From the NCBI GenBank assembly GCA_051294375.1, contig JBJCIZ010000482.1:1-7231 (forward strand): a stretch of DNA of 7,231 bases, given 5' to 3'. Positions 6,553 through 7,231 of this stretch are shown piece by piece. The first letter of the stretch is position 1. The number at the start of each line of letters is the position of its first letter. The stretch is from Paraspadella gotoi (Eukaryota; Animalia; Chaetognatha). The translations under genes were made by a program, and so were the position numbers. The notes beneath the pieces are model-generated. The model was not told the DNA's origin. It made no database searches and saw nothing but the letters and a program-made list of their open reading frames with translations.

Positions 6553-7231
6553 ACGACAGCATACCACCCCCAAGCAAACGGTATGGTGGAACGCCTTCAC
6601 CGGACGCTGAAAGCAGCACTCCGCGCCCGATGCGATGCAGCTGGAAATAACTGGCTTCAGCAGCTTCCATGGACACTTCTCAGTCTCCGCGCAACCCCTC
6701 GCNNNNNNNNNNNNNNNNNNNNNNNNNNNNNNNNNNNNNNNNNNNNNNNNNNNNNNNNNNNNNNNNNNNNNNNNNNNNNNNNNNNNNNNNNNNNNNNNNN
6801 NNNNNNNNNNNNNNNNNNNNNNNNNNNNNNNNNNNNNNNNNNNNNNNNNNNNNNNNNNNNNNNNNNNNNNNNNNNNNNNNNNNNNNNNNNNNNNNNNNNN
6901 NNNNNNNNNNNACTTCGTGCTGATGTCGCCCTGATGCAACCATTGCCGGCGACATGGCATTCTGCGCCAACCCCGCGAGTCCCCAAGACGCTGGCCGACG
7001 CCTCCCGCATCTATGTCCGGCGCGACGGCCACATTGCACCCCTCCAGCCGGTCTATGACGGCCCTTACGATGTCACAGAGAGAAGTGATAAGACGTTCAA
7101 AGTGGCGATTCCAGGGCGAGGTGTGGAAACTATTTCGGTCGACCGCCTCAAGCCGGCGATTCAGGACCCTGATCTGCCACCACTGACGCCTCCGCAGGCG
7201 CCGAGGCGTGGTCGACCACCCAAGCCCCCCC
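6553..7231 (+). CDS. pol: pol C-terminus: integrase catalytic core (E of DDE) and GPY/F domain, partial, spans a gap
   Basis: 6553-6702 reads TTAYHPQANGMVERLHRTLKAALRARCDAAGNNWLQQLPWTLLSLRATPR; 6913-7230 reads LRADVALMQPLPATWHSAPTPRVPKTLADASRIYVRRDGHIAPLQPVYDGPYDVTERSDKTFKVAIPGRGVETISVDRLKPAIQDPDLPPLTPPQAPRRGRPPKPP. No stops; absent from the ORF track, probably because it runs off the window end. Confidence 0.95.
6703..6911. other. Assembly gap (209 N)
   Basis: Run of N within the integrase. Confidence 0.99.

Larger units (their letters stand above)
578..7231 (+). mobile_element. Ty3/Gypsy LTR retrotransposon, CsRn1/Kabuki/Boudicca-like clade; interrupted, runs off the window end
   Basis: Ordered LTR - PBS(Trp-like) - gag (CHCC knuckle) - protease (ILGADFL) - integrase (TTAYHPQANGMVER, GPY, VDRLKPA), all on +. 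A Trp PBS and a CHCC knuckle are characteristic of this clade. That the gag-PR part and the IN part belong to the same copy is inferred from order and orientation. Confidence 0.88.

Noticed and set aside
6430-7039. Long ORFs in the track spanning the 209-N gap
   Set aside because: Length is inflated by Ns; the real coding frame is the + integrase frame from 6553.

Overview
Eukaryotic genomic DNA (AT-rich host background, probably an invertebrate, assembled partly from indel-rich long-read sequence). From 578 to the window end it is dominated by one + strand Ty3/Gypsy LTR retrotransposon with CsRn1/Kabuki/Boudicca-clade hallmarks: a ~245 bp 5' LTR (578-822), a tRNA-Trp-like primer binding site (825-843), gag with a CHCC zinc knuckle (to 2306), a probable -1 frameshift signal, an aspartic protease with an atypical DGG active site (to 2661), and integrase core plus GPY/F C-terminus with an AT-hook (6553-7231). 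RT and RNase H are absent. In their place are a 25-N gap, ~3.15 kb of an AT-rich ~550-600 bp higher-order tandem repeat, and a ~685 bp unrelated segment. This patchwork may be an assembly or gap-filling chimera rather than biology. A probable host exon lies at 161-312. I cannot establish a wholly new system from sequence alone; the best leads are the non-canonical frameshift site, the DGG protease, a perfect 20-nt leader palindrome, an unusual Gag N-terminal extension with a repeat and hairpin, and the unidentified segment beside the integrase.
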